In this document: positions 16,955 through 26,817 of the stretch, piece by piece
Layout: each line of letters opens with the position of its first letter
How positions within the stretch are numbered: the stretch's first letter is position 1
NCBI GenBank assembly: GCA_964373815.1
Contig: CAYJWI010000001.1
Span: 7,885-71,884, forward strand
Source of the DNA: an uncultured archaeon
Lineage (GTDB): Archaea > Iainarchaeota > Iainarchaeia > Iainarchaeales > Iainarchaeaceae
Direction: 5' to 3'
Length of the DNA stretch: 64,000 nt
Notes under the pieces: model-generated
What the model was told of the DNA's origin: nothing
Seen by the model: the letters and a program-made list of their open reading frames with translations, nothing else
Databases searched by the model: none
Program-made: the position numbers and the translations under genes

Positions 16955-18544
16955 TCATGCTTGTTTTTTCGAAAAAACGGCGAAATCCCCGTATTCAAAG
17001 GCTTTCCCGAGGTTTAGGCCTTCGAGCGGGTAATTTTTCCTTGCCACCACGTAATCGACTTCGGGCAGGATTTGTGAAATGCATGCGGGGCAATTTCCTG
17101 CAACCGCCCTCTGCGCAAGCTCGTGCCTCGCGAGCAGTTGCGGGTAATACGGGTCATTTCCTGCTATGCGCAAATCATACGAAACATACCACTGCGATGC
17201 AGCATCGTAGGGGATTTTTTCCGCTATTTCAGCTACCTTTCCGCCATCCTCGAGAAGGAAAAGCGCAGTCTTCATTTCGGGGTCGAACTTCTTGAACCCG
17301 TATGCGAACGCGGTCTCTCCAGGTGTTATCTTCGAGCCTTCGCGCAGGTGGGTGAGCTCTGAAGAAGAGAAAAAGAGAATAAGTGAAACCAGCGCAATCG
17401 ATGCAACCGCGTGGCCAAAAAACTTCGGCCTCGATTCAGCCATGCGCGCAATTACTCCGGCGGAGATGAATAGTGCGCAGAACATGGAGAGCTCAATGAC
17501 CCTTCCCCCAAGCGCCCTGCCTGTCGCGCTCAGCAGCACTGCCAAAAGCGCGGAAATTATGAAAGATGAGAAAAGCAGCAGTTCCATTTTGCCGATTTTT
17601 TTTGAGAGCACGATGCCGCCAAAGGAGAAAATCCCCGTGGCAAAAACCAAGAGCCCTATCCATGGCGGGAAAACCGCGATGCTTTGCGCAAGGGATTGCA
17701 CCGTGAGCGGGTGCGCGGCTTCAGCCCCGAAGTTGGAGATGTATGGGAGGTAAGAGACAATGATTGCGGGAAGCGCAAGCAAACCCGAGAGGAAAAGGAT
17801 TGCGGTTGCCCTAAATTCGGAAAAAATCACCCCGCGCAAAACGAAAAAAATCCCCGCATAAAAGGCCACTCCCGGGTGCGCTGCCACTAGGCTTGGGAAA
17901 AAGATATACGCGAGAGCGCTCCTGTTTTCAACCGCGAGAAAAGTAGCGAGGAAGAAAACCGACGCCATCATGAAGGTGTACTGCCCCCAGTACATGTTCT
18001 GGAAAACTATTTTCGAGCCAATGAAAAGCGCGAGGGAAACGATTCCTGCTTTCTCGCCCCAAAGATGTTTTGTGATGCAGTACACAAGGGTTGCCGAGAG
18101 CAAAGCGAACAAGGCCCCGAGGCCCCACACAATGGCATTGCTGGGGATTGCGGGCAGGAGGTCGATTAGCATTTTCGCGAAAACAGGGAAGCCTATCTGG
18201 TACCTGTACCCGAGCTTCGAGAACGGCTCATAGGTTTGCGGCATTTTGTCGCCTATCGCAAGGCTGCTTATGTGCGCTGCGGGGTCGGCGCTCGCGTCCA
18301 CAAAAGGGTGAATTAAAACATAGGGGTATGCAGAGAGCGCTGCGATTAAAATGCACAGCAATGCCGCCGGCATGCTTATTTGCGGCAATTTGATTTCGTA
18401 TTTGCGGATTGCAAAAAACGAGGCCGCGAGCGAAATTATCGCGATTGCCCATGAAACCCTAGAAAAGTAGAGGCTCCAGAGGGAGAGCAATGTGGCGATT
18501 GAAATGAACGCGAGCACGAAGGCCAGCGCTTTGCCGTTATTCAC
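16955..18544 (-). CDS. polytopic GT-C-type glycosyltransferase (PMT/ArnT-like)
   Basis: 529-aa ORF with about 12 hydrophobic helices and a soluble C-terminal domain. Overlaps the upstream GT2 gene by 8 nt. The family call is by architecture and context. Confidence 0.55.
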   Translation of the reverse strand: MNNGKALAFVLAFISIATLLSLWSLYFSRVSWAIAIISLAASFFAIRKYEIKLPQISMPAALLCILIAALSAYPYVLIHPFVDASADPAAHISSLAIGDKMPQTYEPFSKLGYRYQIGFPVFAKMLIDLLPAIPSNAIVWGLGALFALLSATLVYCITKHLWGEKAGIVSLALFIGSKIVFQNMYWGQYTFMMASVFFLATFLAVENRSALAYIFFPSLVAAHPGVAFYAGIFFVLRGVIFSEFRATAILFLSGLLALPAIIVSYLPYISNFGAEAAHPLTVQSLAQSIAVFPPWIGLLVFATGIFSFGGIVLSKKIGKMELLLFSSFIISALLAVLLSATGRALGGRVIELSMFCALFISAGVIARMAESRPKFFGHAVASIALVSLILFFSSSELTHLREGSKITPGETAFAYGFKKFDPEMKTALFLLEDGGKVAEIAEKIPYDAASQWYVSYDLRIAGNDPYYPQLLARHELAQRAVAGNCPACISQILPEVDYVVARKNYPLEGLNLGKAFEYGDFAVFSKKQA

Positions 18545-19271
18545 TTTTTTTCATCCTCCCTATCTCCCCTCTCATCCAGAGCAGCTTTGAAATGAAGTGC
18601 AGGGTATCGGACAGCACCTTCACCGTGCTTTTCTTTGCCTTGTTCTGCATGTAGAGCACATCGATTTCCTTTATCCGCAGGCCAGCTAGCGATGCGCGCT
18701 TCATGACTTCGGTATCCCAGAACCAGTGCCCATCGATTGTGCTTTTTAGGACTGGGAGTATTTTCCCGCGCCGAAAGAACTTGCACCCCGCGTTCGGGTC
18801 ATGCACCGGCATTGAAAGCAGGAGTGAAGTGAGCTTTGAATATGCATAGTGCAGCAAGTTCCTCGGCATATTGAGGAGCGTGAAGTCATAGTGCCTGTTA
18901 GCGCAGGCGACATCATACCCATCCTCTATAGCCCCTGCCATCTCGGGGATGCACGATGGGGCTATCTCGAGGTCGATGTCGATATACCCAACAATATCCC
19001 CGCGGGCCGCCCTTATCCCGTCCGTCACTGATTTGCCGCGCCCGGAGTTTTTTCCATGGAAAATCGCCCGTGAATTCCTGCTGCGCCGGATTTCCTCCTT
19101 CACGAGCCTTGCGGTGGAATCCGTGCTCTTGTCCTCGACGAAAATAATTTCATAATCGAGCCTTGCCTGGCCAAGGGCCTGGTGCAGCTTTTTGACCGAG
19201 TCCCTGAAAATTCCTTCCTCGTTATAGCACGGAAGAACAAGGGATAGCCCCTTTTTTTGAACAAAAACCAC
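18537..19271 (-). CDS. family 2 glycosyltransferase (dolichyl-phosphate sugar synthase-like)
   Basis: LSLVLPCYNEEG, VEDKSTDST, GRGKSVTDGI and YIDIDLE motifs typical of GT2/Dpm1-like enzymes. Confidence 0.8.
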   Translation of the reverse strand: MVFVQKKGLSLVLPCYNEEGIFRDSVKKLHQALGQARLDYEIIFVEDKSTDSTARLVKEEIRRSRNSRAIFHGKNSGRGKSVTDGIRAARGDIVGYIDIDLEIAPSCIPEMAGAIEDGYDVACANRHYDFTLLNMPRNLLHYAYSKLTSLLLSMPVHDPNAGCKFFRRGKILPVLKSTIDGHWFWDTEVMKRASLAGLRIKEIDVLYMQNKAKKSTVKVLSDTLHFISKLLWMRGEIGRMKKSE

Positions 19272-19325
19272 CTAGAATCCTTGCACCTAAGATATTAAAA
19301 TCCGCATCTGCGGCCAGGCAACGGC

Positions 19326-19730
19326 ATGGCCTTAAGCTATTGGATGCCGCGAAAGTTTTTTGGTATTTATGGCGGCCTGCTGTACTGCATATTTACCATC
19401 CATGCAATCGGGGTCTTGCGCGTTTTCAAACACTTTTTATTTTCAACGGGCACCATTTCACTTGTTTTGGTGATTGGAAAAATGGCACCCGGAAAAACTT
19501 TTGCGCAGGGAAAAAACGGAGAAAAGAAAGCCCATGACCCCAACACGCGCTTCGACCCCGAAATAGGCTGGGTGCCAGTAGAGGGCAGGTCAATAACTTC
19601 TTTTGGCGCCAAAAAAATTTCTTCAAATTCGCTCTACCTCGACCGCGTGCATTACTCCCCGCAGGGGCACAAGTTCATCTCCAGCATCCTTTATGATTAC
19701 CTCAAGCAAACGTATCCCAAGCAAAGCTAA
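19326..19730 (+). CDS. hypothetical protein, possibly an SGNH-hydrolase remnant
   Basis: 134-aa ORF. Only the C-terminal DRVHYSPQGHKFISSILYDYL resembles the SGNH block V (DxxH). Coding status is uncertain. Confidence 0.25.
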   Translation: MALSYWMPRKFFGIYGGLLYCIFTIHAIGVLRVFKHFLFSTGTISLVLVIGKMAPGKTFAQGKNGEKKAHDPNTRFDPEIGWVPVEGRSITSFGAKKISSNSLYLDRVHYSPQGHKFISSILYDYLKQTYPKQS

Positions 19731-19995
19731 AACGGTTTTCCGGAGTTAGGGTGTTTCCAAAGTAGGATTGGGGCGGAAAAGCTTCCCCCTAATGCCATTT
19801 TCCACAATAAAAATTCCGGGCAAAAAACGTCAAACGCCGATTCCGCATATTGGTATATAAATGTTAATCAAGGCTAATATTTTAGATTAATAGAGCAAAG
19901 CGGGCAGCATCTGGCTTTTTCAAGGAAACCGGTTCTGAACTGCGTTATTTGGGGTATAATCGGCATTATTTGGGTTGTTTTAGGAAGGGTTTTTT

Positions 19996-22032
19996 TTGCT
20001 TGAGATAGTTTTTGGGATAGGCGTTCTTGCACTGCTTGTAGCCATAGCCTGCGCGCAGTATGTGCTAAGGCAGGACACGGGCACAAAGCAGATGCAGGAA
20101 ATTGCGGGCTATATACGCGAAGGCGCCGAGGCCTTCATGAAAAGGCAGTACACGGCAATCGCTGTCCTTGCAATAGTTACCGCCCTGATAATTCTTGCAG
20201 TCTACACTTTTGTAGGCCGGGTTGATTTCGCGATACAGACATCAATCGCTTTTGTGCTCGGAGCATTCTGCTCTGCAATCGCGGGGATAATCGGCATGTA
20301 CATTTCAGTGCGCGCAAATGTAAGGACAGCCGCCGCCGCGACAAAATCCATGGCAAAGGCCCTGCGCATTGCGCTGCTTGGGGGCGCGGTTTCAGGGATT
20401 TTCGTTGTCGCGCTTTCCCTGATAGGAGTTACCACAATATTTTACGTTTTCGGCGCGGACCCGACAAAGACGCCATTCCTCATTGTCGGCTATGCTTTCG
20501 GCGCTTCGTTTGTGGCGCTCTTCGCACAGCTTGGAGGTGGAATTTACACCAAGGCAGCTGACATCGGCGCTGACCTTGTTGGAAAAGTAGAAGCGGGGAT
20601 TCCGGAGGACGACCCGCGCAACCCGGCAGTTGTTGCGGACCTTGTGGGCGACAATGTCGGCGACTGTGCAGGGAGGGGCGCGGACATTTTCGAGAGCACC
20701 GCAGCAGAAAACATCGGGGCAATGATCCTCGGTGTTGCCCTATACCCGGTTTTTGGAATAAACGGCGTTCTTTTCCCGCTTGTTGCAACAGCATTCGGCC
20801 TTCTAGCATCGATGGCCGGGATACTTTTGGTAAAAGCCGGGGAGAACGAGGAGCCAATGGCCGCCCTTAACCGGGGATATTACATCGCGAGCTTTCTTGC
20901 CGCCATTTTGCTCTACTACGCGACAACCACCCTGCTGCACAGCATTTGGTTCTTTTACGCAAGCCTTGTGGGGCTTGTGATGAGCATCCTTTTCGTCTAC
21001 ATCACCCAGTACTACACCGAGTACAGGTTCAGGCCAGTGCGCAGCATTGCAAAGGCATCAGTTACCGGCCATGCGACAAACATAATCACGGGGCTTGCCG
21101 TGGCGCTTGAAAACACGGCGCTTCCCGTAATAGTGATTTCACTCTCGCTTTTCATCTCCTACAGCTTCGGCCTGCAGTCGGGCGTCCCTAACGGAGGGCT
21201 CTTCGGCACAGCGGTTGCGACAATGGGAATGCTCGCAACCGCCGCGTACATACTTGCGATGGACACTTTTGGCCCGATAACAGACAACGCGGGCGGGATT
21301 GTGGAAATGTCAAAGGCCCCGGCAAACGTTAGGAGAAACACCGACAAGCTCGATGCCGCGGGGAACACCACAAAGGCGCTCACGAAAGGCTATGCAATCG
21401 GCTCCGCCGCGCTCGCAGCATTCCTGCTCTTCTCAGCCTACATGAACGAAGTCTCAACCCTTACAGGAAAGCCTTTTGTGGTGGTCAACCTCGCGAAGGT
21501 CGATGTCTTCATAGGTGCGATGCTCGGCGCGATGCTGGTCTTTCTCTTCAGCGCCTTTGCAATCAACGCGGTGGGGAATACAGCCGGCTTCATAATCGAG
21601 GAAGTGAGGAGGCAGTTTAGGGACAAGCAGGTGATGTCTGGGAAGAAGAAGCCTGATTATGCTCGGTGCGTCGACATCACGACACAGGGCGCGCTCAAGA
21701 GCATGGTGCTTCCCGGGCTTCTTGCGATTTGCTTCCCAATTACGGTCGGCATATTGCTCAAGACCGAAGCGATGGCGGCATTTTTGATGGTCGGAACGAT
21801 TGCGGGGATACTCATGGCGATTCTCATGAACCAGGGCGGGGGCGCATGGGACAATGCGAAGAAATACATCGAAACAGGCGTGCACGGGGGCAAGGGCTCC
21901 GATGCGCACAAGGCCGCGATTGTGGGCGATACAGTCGGCGACCCGCTCAAGGACACAGCGGGCCCGAGCCTGCATGTTCTCATAAAGCTGCTTGCGACAT
22001 TGACGCTCGTGCTCGCGCCGCTGTACATCTGA
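19996..22032 (+). CDS. hppA: membrane-bound ion-translocating pyrophosphatase
   Basis: 678-aa polytopic ORF (TTG start) with GDNVGDCAGRGADIFES and DTVGDPLKDTAGPSLHVLIKL. Confidence 0.9.
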   Translation: MLEIVFGIGVLALLVAIACAQYVLRQDTGTKQMQEIAGYIREGAEAFMKRQYTAIAVLAIVTALIILAVYTFVGRVDFAIQTSIAFVLGAFCSAIAGIIGMYISVRANVRTAAAATKSMAKALRIALLGGAVSGIFVVALSLIGVTTIFYVFGADPTKTPFLIVGYAFGASFVALFAQLGGGIYTKAADIGADLVGKVEAGIPEDDPRNPAVVADLVGDNVGDCAGRGADIFESTAAENIGAMILGVALYPVFGINGVLFPLVATAFGLLASMAGILLVKAGENEEPMAALNRGYYIASFLAAILLYYATTTLLHSIWFFYASLVGLVMSILFVYITQYYTEYRFRPVRSIAKASVTGHATNIITGLAVALENTALPVIVISLSLFISYSFGLQSGVPNGGLFGTAVATMGMLATAAYILAMDTFGPITDNAGGIVEMSKAPANVRRNTDKLDAAGNTTKALTKGYAIGSAALAAFLLFSAYMNEVSTLTGKPFVVVNLAKVDVFIGAMLGAMLVFLFSAFAINAVGNTAGFIIEEVRRQFRDKQVMSGKKKPDYARCVDITTQGALKSMVLPGLLAICFPITVGILLKTEAMAAFLMVGTIAGILMAILMNQGGGAWDNAKKYIETGVHGGKGSDAHKAAIVGDTVGDPLKDTAGPSLHVLIKLLATLTLVLAPLYI

Positions 22033-22185
22033 TTGCAGAGCTTGTGGCAAGCGCCCTTTCAATCACTTTTCAAATACATCCACCTTGCTTTTTTCGCATA
22101 GGAAAGCCATTAAAATAGTTGCTGCTTTCTATTGTAAAAGCGTAATTACTTAGTATTTGATGATTGGAAAGGAGGTTGGATTCAA

Positions 22186-22338
22186 ATGGCAAAACCTGCA
22201 TTCGGCGGATACAGCATCTGCTTCAAGGGCTGCACCGATACAGTCGAAAGCGTTTTCGGCAGCGGCAACATAGCGCCTTCGGAAATGACGAAGAAGCTCT
22301 GGGTATATGTCAAGGCGAAGAAACTTTCAAGCAAGTGA
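22186..22338 (+). CDS. 50-aa protein with a SWIB-like C-terminal motif (not in the ORF track)
   Basis: GGAGGT lies 10 nt upstream of the ATG. Translation is MAKPAFGGYSICFKGCTDTVESVFGSGNIAPSEMTKKLWVYVKAKKLSSK. The tail resembles small SWIB-domain proteins. It competes with the track ORF 22164..22394 in another frame. Confidence 0.35.
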   Translation: MAKPAFGGYSICFKGCTDTVESVFGSGNIAPSEMTKKLWVYVKAKKLSSK

Positions 22339-22512
22339 ATTTTCCACTGCCCCGCAAGGGGCAAAAGCTTTTATTTGGATTAACCCAAGATTAGGGCATA
22401 TGTCCGGAAGGGCAACTATTCCCATTGGGCTGGTTTTTCTGGCAGGCGGGAAATGCATCTAAACAGGGGCATGTTCTGATGTCATTCCACGCTTCTGAAG
22501 CTTTTTCAACAA

Positions 22513-23209
22513 TTGCGCTTTTCATCCCCCCTGCTCGTCTCGTTTTTTGTCTGGCGAAAAATAAATTCAAGCACGGAAAAACTAGGCTTTGCGGAAAGCA
22601 GGAGAAAATCAATTTCCATTGTTTCCGGGGTTTTGCTTTTCGGCTGGTTTTTTGCCGCTTTTGCCATCGCATTGCTCGGCCTGTTCCATGTCAGTTCAAG
22701 CTTTTTTTCCCCGCTGGTCCCCCTAGCGGTGGTTCTCTGCGGCATCGCAGTGGTGGCGTTGGTTCTTTTTTCCAGCACCATGAAACAAATCATCGGCTTG
22801 CTCCCACAGCGCTGGCTCATCTCATTGCAGCTATACAGGGTCTTGGGGGTTGTTTTTTTTGTGGCAGCTCGAGGCCGGCGCATTGCCAGCAATGTTTGCA
22901 ATCCCGGCAGCCTATGGTGACATCATCACCGGCCTCGCCGCGCCCATTGTCGGGTACGTTTACCTGAAAAAAATCCCATTTTCAAAAATTCTCGCCGTGG
23001 TTTGGAATGTCTTCGGCATAATTGACATCACTATGTCCATATGCCTCGGAATCCTGCTGGTTTTCCCAGCACCGTTCCAGCTTGTGGCTGTGTCCCCCAC
23101 CACTGAAATAATGACCATGTTCCCGATGGCCCTTGTTCCCGTCTACGCGGTGCCGCTCGCGTTCATGCTCCACGCGTTTTCGCTAAAAGGCCTGCTTGCG
23201 GAAAAGTGA
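22513..23209 (+). pseudogene. polytopic membrane protein interrupted at a T8 homopolymer
   Basis: ORFs 22513..22920 and 22850..23209 are both hydrophobic and change frame at the T8 run 22853-22860. A single T gain or loss would join ...YRVLGVVFF to WQLEAGALPAMFAIPAAYGD. Confidence 0.4.
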
Positions 23210-23259
23210 GTTTTTAGCCGCCGGGGAGAGCGACAGAAGCGTATGCGGGCAGTTCAAAT

Positions 23260-23622
23260 CTACAATTGTTTTTTCTCTTCGTTCTTTTTCATCCGGGCTT
23301 TGACAAGCTTCTTTATGAGAGCGACGGGGAGCTTTTTGTCCAGCGGAAATCGGACTGTTGCTTGGAAAGTTTCATAATCAGCCAGTTCCTTTTTGTGCTC
23401 CTCTATACTTGGGGTTGGTAAATAGAGCCCGATATGCGCTTTCGCGAGGGCGAAATAAGCCAGCCGCCCCTTGTAGGCATAGTACGGCATCCCATAACTG
23501 ATGCGCTCCGCGGCTGCCGGTGCGGCTTTTTTGATAGCCACCCGGAGCTCCCTAAGTTTGCCCTGCACCTCTTTCGGCGCCCTCGCAATGTATGCGTCCA
23601 CGTCTTTTGATGTTTTTTCCAT
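23260..23622 (-). CDS. DUF1801 (YdhG-like) domain protein
   Basis: 120-aa ORF. VDAYIARAPKEVQGKLRELRVAIKKAAP..ERISYGMPYYAYKGRLAYFA..VRFPLDKKLP. Confidence 0.7.
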   Translation of the reverse strand: MEKTSKDVDAYIARAPKEVQGKLRELRVAIKKAAPAAAERISYGMPYYAYKGRLAYFALAKAHIGLYLPTPSIEEHKKELADYETFQATVRFPLDKKLPVALIKKLVKARMKKNEEKKQL

Positions 23623-23714
23623 TAGATCACATTTTCAAATATACTCGCGGAGAATTGCTTTATGCCCCATCGGAGACGGGACGACAACTACGCCCTTCCG
23701 AGGCGTTTCTCGGA

Positions 23715-23725
23715 CGCGGAGGACG
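23715..23725. repeat. distal att core (displaced copy of the tRNA-Ser(UGA) 3' end)
   Basis: cgcggaggacg is identical to 25635-25645 and to the genuine tRNA 3' end at 28217-28227. Confidence 0.7.
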
Positions 23726-23803
23726 GAAGATACTACAATCAGTTCAAATCTAGCCTCTGTGGGAATTGTAGAGCAAAGCTCATTTAAACGTGGAAGTTTG
23801 GCA

Positions 23804-25228
23804 TTAAAAGTCTTCCAAATCGTATGCTAGGTATCCTTCGTTTTTTATTTTTTGCTTGTTTTCAATGTGCTTTGCCACTATTCCGCATTTTACAGTGGTT
23901 AGTTTTTTGTTCAAATGGCCGGTTTTGCTTTCAAGGGTTTTCAAAATGCCGAGCGTTTCCTTGTATGACAACTCTTTCCATTTAAATTCGAAAGCGTAAA
24001 AGTTTTTTCCGTCTTTAGCTATACAATCTATTTCGTAGGCGTTTTCGCCTTTTTTTGCCCCGTGTATTGTGCCCCATTGCCTTTTTGCCTCTTTTAAGCC
24101 GAGCTTGTTTTTGAGGAATTCTTTTGCGGGGTTTTCAAAGGCCTTTCCGTAGGTGCTGTTCAGGTTGTTTTTGAGGTTTTCAATGAATTCCGGTTTTCTT
24201 GCGGCATAATCCGAATAATTCTTGTATATTTGCGAGAACCAGAATTGAATCAGGGGGTGTTTTATTTTGTAGATTCCCCTTTTTCCCTCGAATGGCATTT
24301 CGAATTCAATCAGTTCGAAGTAGTCCCTGAGTTCTTTTATTTGCCTTGTGATTGAGGTGGGGTTTATGTTCATTGTGCCTGCGATTGTGGATATGGTGTT
24401 GTTTCCGTTCGCTATTGCCTCTAAAATGGAGTAGTATACTCCGCTTCTTCCGCCGAATTCTTGGGATAGTATGCTGTTTACTTCATCTTCCAGTGCGGCG
24501 CCTTTTGAGAGCAGTAATGAATCCAGTATTTCCGCTGTTTTTTTCCCTTCCAACCTGAAGTCCTCAATTGAAACGAAGTATTTTGGGTATCCGCCGAAAA
24601 TGCAGTAAAATTTTACCAGTTCCTCCTTGTCAAGCTTCAATTCTTTTGCAAGTTCCAGGCATGAATTCACACTTAGGGCTTCGAGCTTAATCCCTTTCTT
24701 TATCCTTCCGTATAGGGCTTCTTTGGAGTTTTTGAACAGGTTCTTCATCAGTCCTATCAATGAGCCTGAGAGAATCACGAGCCCGGGGTTGTTTTCGTTC
24801 AAATCAATGTTTTTTTGCATTATCCCGAAAACTGCGGGTTCTACAAAACCAAAATTCTGGAATTCATCAAAAACCATTGGGGGGGAGTTCCTTTTTCCAA
24901 GAACTTCAAAGAACTTGTCCCAGGAATCCACACTTTCGAGTTCTCCCAAAATATTGCTTTTTCTCAAAATTTCCTGAAATTCTGCCAAGAGATCATTTGA
25001 TGTCTTGCTCTTGTTCACAAAAAAATACAAGCCGTCTTTTCCATAACCATGCCCCGTTCCATCAACAGAACCGTGGCCAGAACCTATTACGCGAAGAAAT
25101 TCAAATAAAAGCCTAGTTTTTCCAACCCTTCGTAGGCCATACAAAGCCACGACAAAAAGCTTTTTGCGGGAAAGCGCTTCAATTTCATGGAGTTCTTTTA
25201 GTTCCGCAACCCTGTCCACAAACTTCAT
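23804..25228 (-). CDS. archaeal-type AAA ATPase with C-terminal DUF234 (PD-(D/E)xK-like) domain
   Basis: 474-aa ORF. Walker A-like LYGLRRVGKTRLL, Walker B-like PPMVFDEFQ, wHTH region, and C-terminal YEIDCIAKDGKNFYAFEFKW. Confidence 0.8.
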   Translation of the reverse strand: MKFVDRVAELKELHEIEALSRKKLFVVALYGLRRVGKTRLLFEFLRVIGSGHGSVDGTGHGYGKDGLYFFVNKSKTSNDLLAEFQEILRKSNILGELESVDSWDKFFEVLGKRNSPPMVFDEFQNFGFVEPAVFGIMQKNIDLNENNPGLVILSGSLIGLMKNLFKNSKEALYGRIKKGIKLEALSVNSCLELAKELKLDKEELVKFYCIFGGYPKYFVSIEDFRLEGKKTAEILDSLLLSKGAALEDEVNSILSQEFGGRSGVYYSILEAIANGNNTISTIAGTMNINPTSITRQIKELRDYFELIEFEMPFEGKRGIYKIKHPLIQFWFSQIYKNYSDYAARKPEFIENLKNNLNSTYGKAFENPAKEFLKNKLGLKEAKRQWGTIHGAKKGENAYEIDCIAKDGKNFYAFEFKWKELSYKETLGILKTLESKTGHLNKKLTTVKCGIVAKHIENKQKIKNEGYLAYDLEDF

Positions 25229-25401
25229 ATATATTCACCAACTGAATTATTCAGTGACTGAATACATATTTAAACTTATCTTGGGCTAAAAATCGTTACA
25301 TTTTTGTAACGAAAATGGCTTATTTTGTTACACTTTTGTAACGCTTGTATCTGTTAAACAGATAATATATAAAGCCGGCGAATATATGCCAAATTCTGGT
25401 A

Positions 25402-25554
25402 TCAGAAATCTGCTAAGCTCCGTTGTTTCTCGTTTGTGCCACTTTGGATTTTGGCCTTGACTGTATTTATGCATTGCCGGCCCCTTTTGTGCATGTCATA
25501 CTCCTGATCGAATACCGAGAAGTCGAATTGCTCTTGCTTTGTAATTTCTTGCAT
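25402..25554 (-). CDS. 50-aa ORF sharing its promoter and first 34 codons with 27945..28136
   Basis: The N-terminus MQEITKQEQFDFSVFDQEYDMHKRGRQCINTVKA is encoded inside the 194-bp repeat, and the sequence diverges afterwards. Below the track size cut-off. Confidence 0.35.
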   Translation of the reverse strand: MQEITKQEQFDFSVFDQEYDMHKRGRQCINTVKAKIQSGTNEKQRSLADF

Positions 25555-25645
25555 TTTTTGGTTCCCCGAAAGATTATAGTCCTCCGCTAACGTGGACGCT
25601 TATTATACTTTCGGATTCGAACTGAATGCATACTCGCGGAGGACG
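25452..25645. repeat. 194-bp exact direct repeat, copy 1 (element right arm plus att core)
   Basis: Identical to 28034-28227, offset 2,582 bp at both ends. Confidence 0.9.
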
Positions 25646-25881
25646 TAAGATACTACAATCAGTTCAAATCTATCTCTTTGTCATATACCTATAGCGATGT
25701 TTTTTTAAGAGCTTTTGAGAAAGTTCGGCTTTCGATGGTAAAAACTGCCCGAATTTTGCGTGTGGGTTTTTGCCCTAAATTGAACATTTTTAATCTTATC
25801 CACAGGGATATGATATAGTGGGGTTCTGCTTTGGGGGCAGTTATATTAACCTGAAAATGCCTTTTAAGGGTTGATTTGACT

Positions 25882-26817
25882 ATGCAGGGTGAAGAGACGG
25901 CGCAAACTGTCAGGGGCTTGTTAATTGCTATTGCGGAGATTGATGAGCTCAAGAGGGGCGGCAAGGCCTTTTTATCCGAGACGTGGTTTCATAAGCTGCT
26001 CTATGATTTGAAGCGGCGAGTTGATGATAGGGAAATTAAGGGTGCGCTCCAGTTCTATTGGTATATCCACGGCCCTTTTTCTGAGGACGTACGCTACGAG
26101 CTGCAAACCTTGGTCGAGGAGAAAGTTTTTGAATCTAATTCGACTTTCAGCGGCAACGCTTACCGATTGAAGGTAAAGCCCAAGAGGGCTGAGTCAAAGG
26201 GTCTGGTTGTTGCAGGAAAGGTTTTGAAACAGATTTATGCGGAAATCAATCCTTACAATTTGAAGTCTTTGATGAAGACGATTTATTTGGAGGCCCCTTA
26301 CAAGTTCATGCCACAGTATAAATTCAGTTATTTGGATGGCCTCAAGGATTTGAAGATGTTTATCGAACAAGATGAGAGCAAAAAATTCATAGAGGAGTAC
26401 AAGGCTAAAGTAATTGACAATCTTTATGAAGCTGAAATCCTCCTGCCATCACACAAATTATACGCCACTTACAACCAAGTTTTTGGGAATATGGTTGGAG
26501 AAATAACTGCCCTATTGGCTCTATCCGACCAGCATGGCATTTATGCTATTGAAAGTGCCATCAAACTTAGTGAAGAAGCTTGGGAGTGTTTTGCAAAGGG
26601 CGTGAGGATAGAAAATCATGACCCTGCATACGCCCACAGAAAAGAGGCGTGGGGTAAAAATTTTGAAGACTCTCTAAGCGGGTTTGCTAATATGCTAGCA
26701 CTATTCAGCCAACAGCAACTAAAAAACATGAGTGGTTACACAACAAAAACAACCCAAGAGCCGCCCCATTCAATAGGAGTCATGCGTGCAATTGTCTTGG
26801 GTTATCTCAATGAATGA
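25882..26817 (+). CDS. hypothetical protein with a weak Panacea/DUF4065-like N-terminus
   Basis: About 311 aa. WFHKLLYDL...YWYIHGPFSEDV resembles the DUF4065 core. The rest is helical with no motif. Overlaps the downstream PIN-like gene by 8 nt. Confidence 0.45.
   Translation: MQGEETAQTVRGLLIAIAEIDELKRGGKAFLSETWFHKLLYDLKRRVDDREIKGALQFYWYIHGPFSEDVRYELQTLVEEKVFESNSTFSGNAYRLKVKPKRAESKGLVVAGKVLKQIYAEINPYNLKSLMKTIYLEAPYKFMPQYKFSYLDGLKDLKMFIEQDESKKFIEEYKAKVIDNLYEAEILLPSHKLYATYNQVFGNMVGEITALLALSDQHGIYAIESAIKLSEEAWECFAKGVRIENHDPAYAHRKEAWGKNFEDSLSGFANMLALFSQQQLKNMSGYTTKTTQEPPHSIGVMRAIVLGYLNE

Larger units (their letters stand above)
23726..25645. mobile_element. integrated mini-element E1 (1,920 bp)
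   Basis: Bounded by 11-nt cores. The left end gaagatactacaatcagttcaaatcta and the right 183-bp arm are shared with E2. Looks more A+T-rich than the flanks by eye. Carries the DUF234 ATPase. Confidence 0.65.

Noticed and set aside
22164-22394. The track ORF (76 aa) upstream of the frameshifted membrane gene.
   Set aside because: It has a TTG start and no ribosome-binding site. The overlapping 50-aa frame at 22186..22338 has a GGAGGT site and a SWIB-like tail, so it was preferred, though itself only at low confidence.
22391-22672. A minus-strand 93-aa ORF, and its internal 44-aa Cys-containing version MKSAIVEKASEAWNDIRTCPCLDAFPACQKNQPNGNSCPSGHMP.
   Set aside because: It lacks a ribosome-binding site and any recognisable motif, and it overlaps the start of the plus-strand membrane gene. 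Support is insufficient.
23726-23790. I tried to fold the element left ends (ACTACAATCAGTTCAAATCTA...) and the arm segment TTCGGATTCGAACTGAA as tRNA fragments or split-tRNA halves, because they contain T-loop-like TTCAAAT and TTCGAA.
   Set aside because: No acceptor/T-arm geometry can be built, since the stems do not pair or are not adjacent. I treat them as att-arm sequence only.
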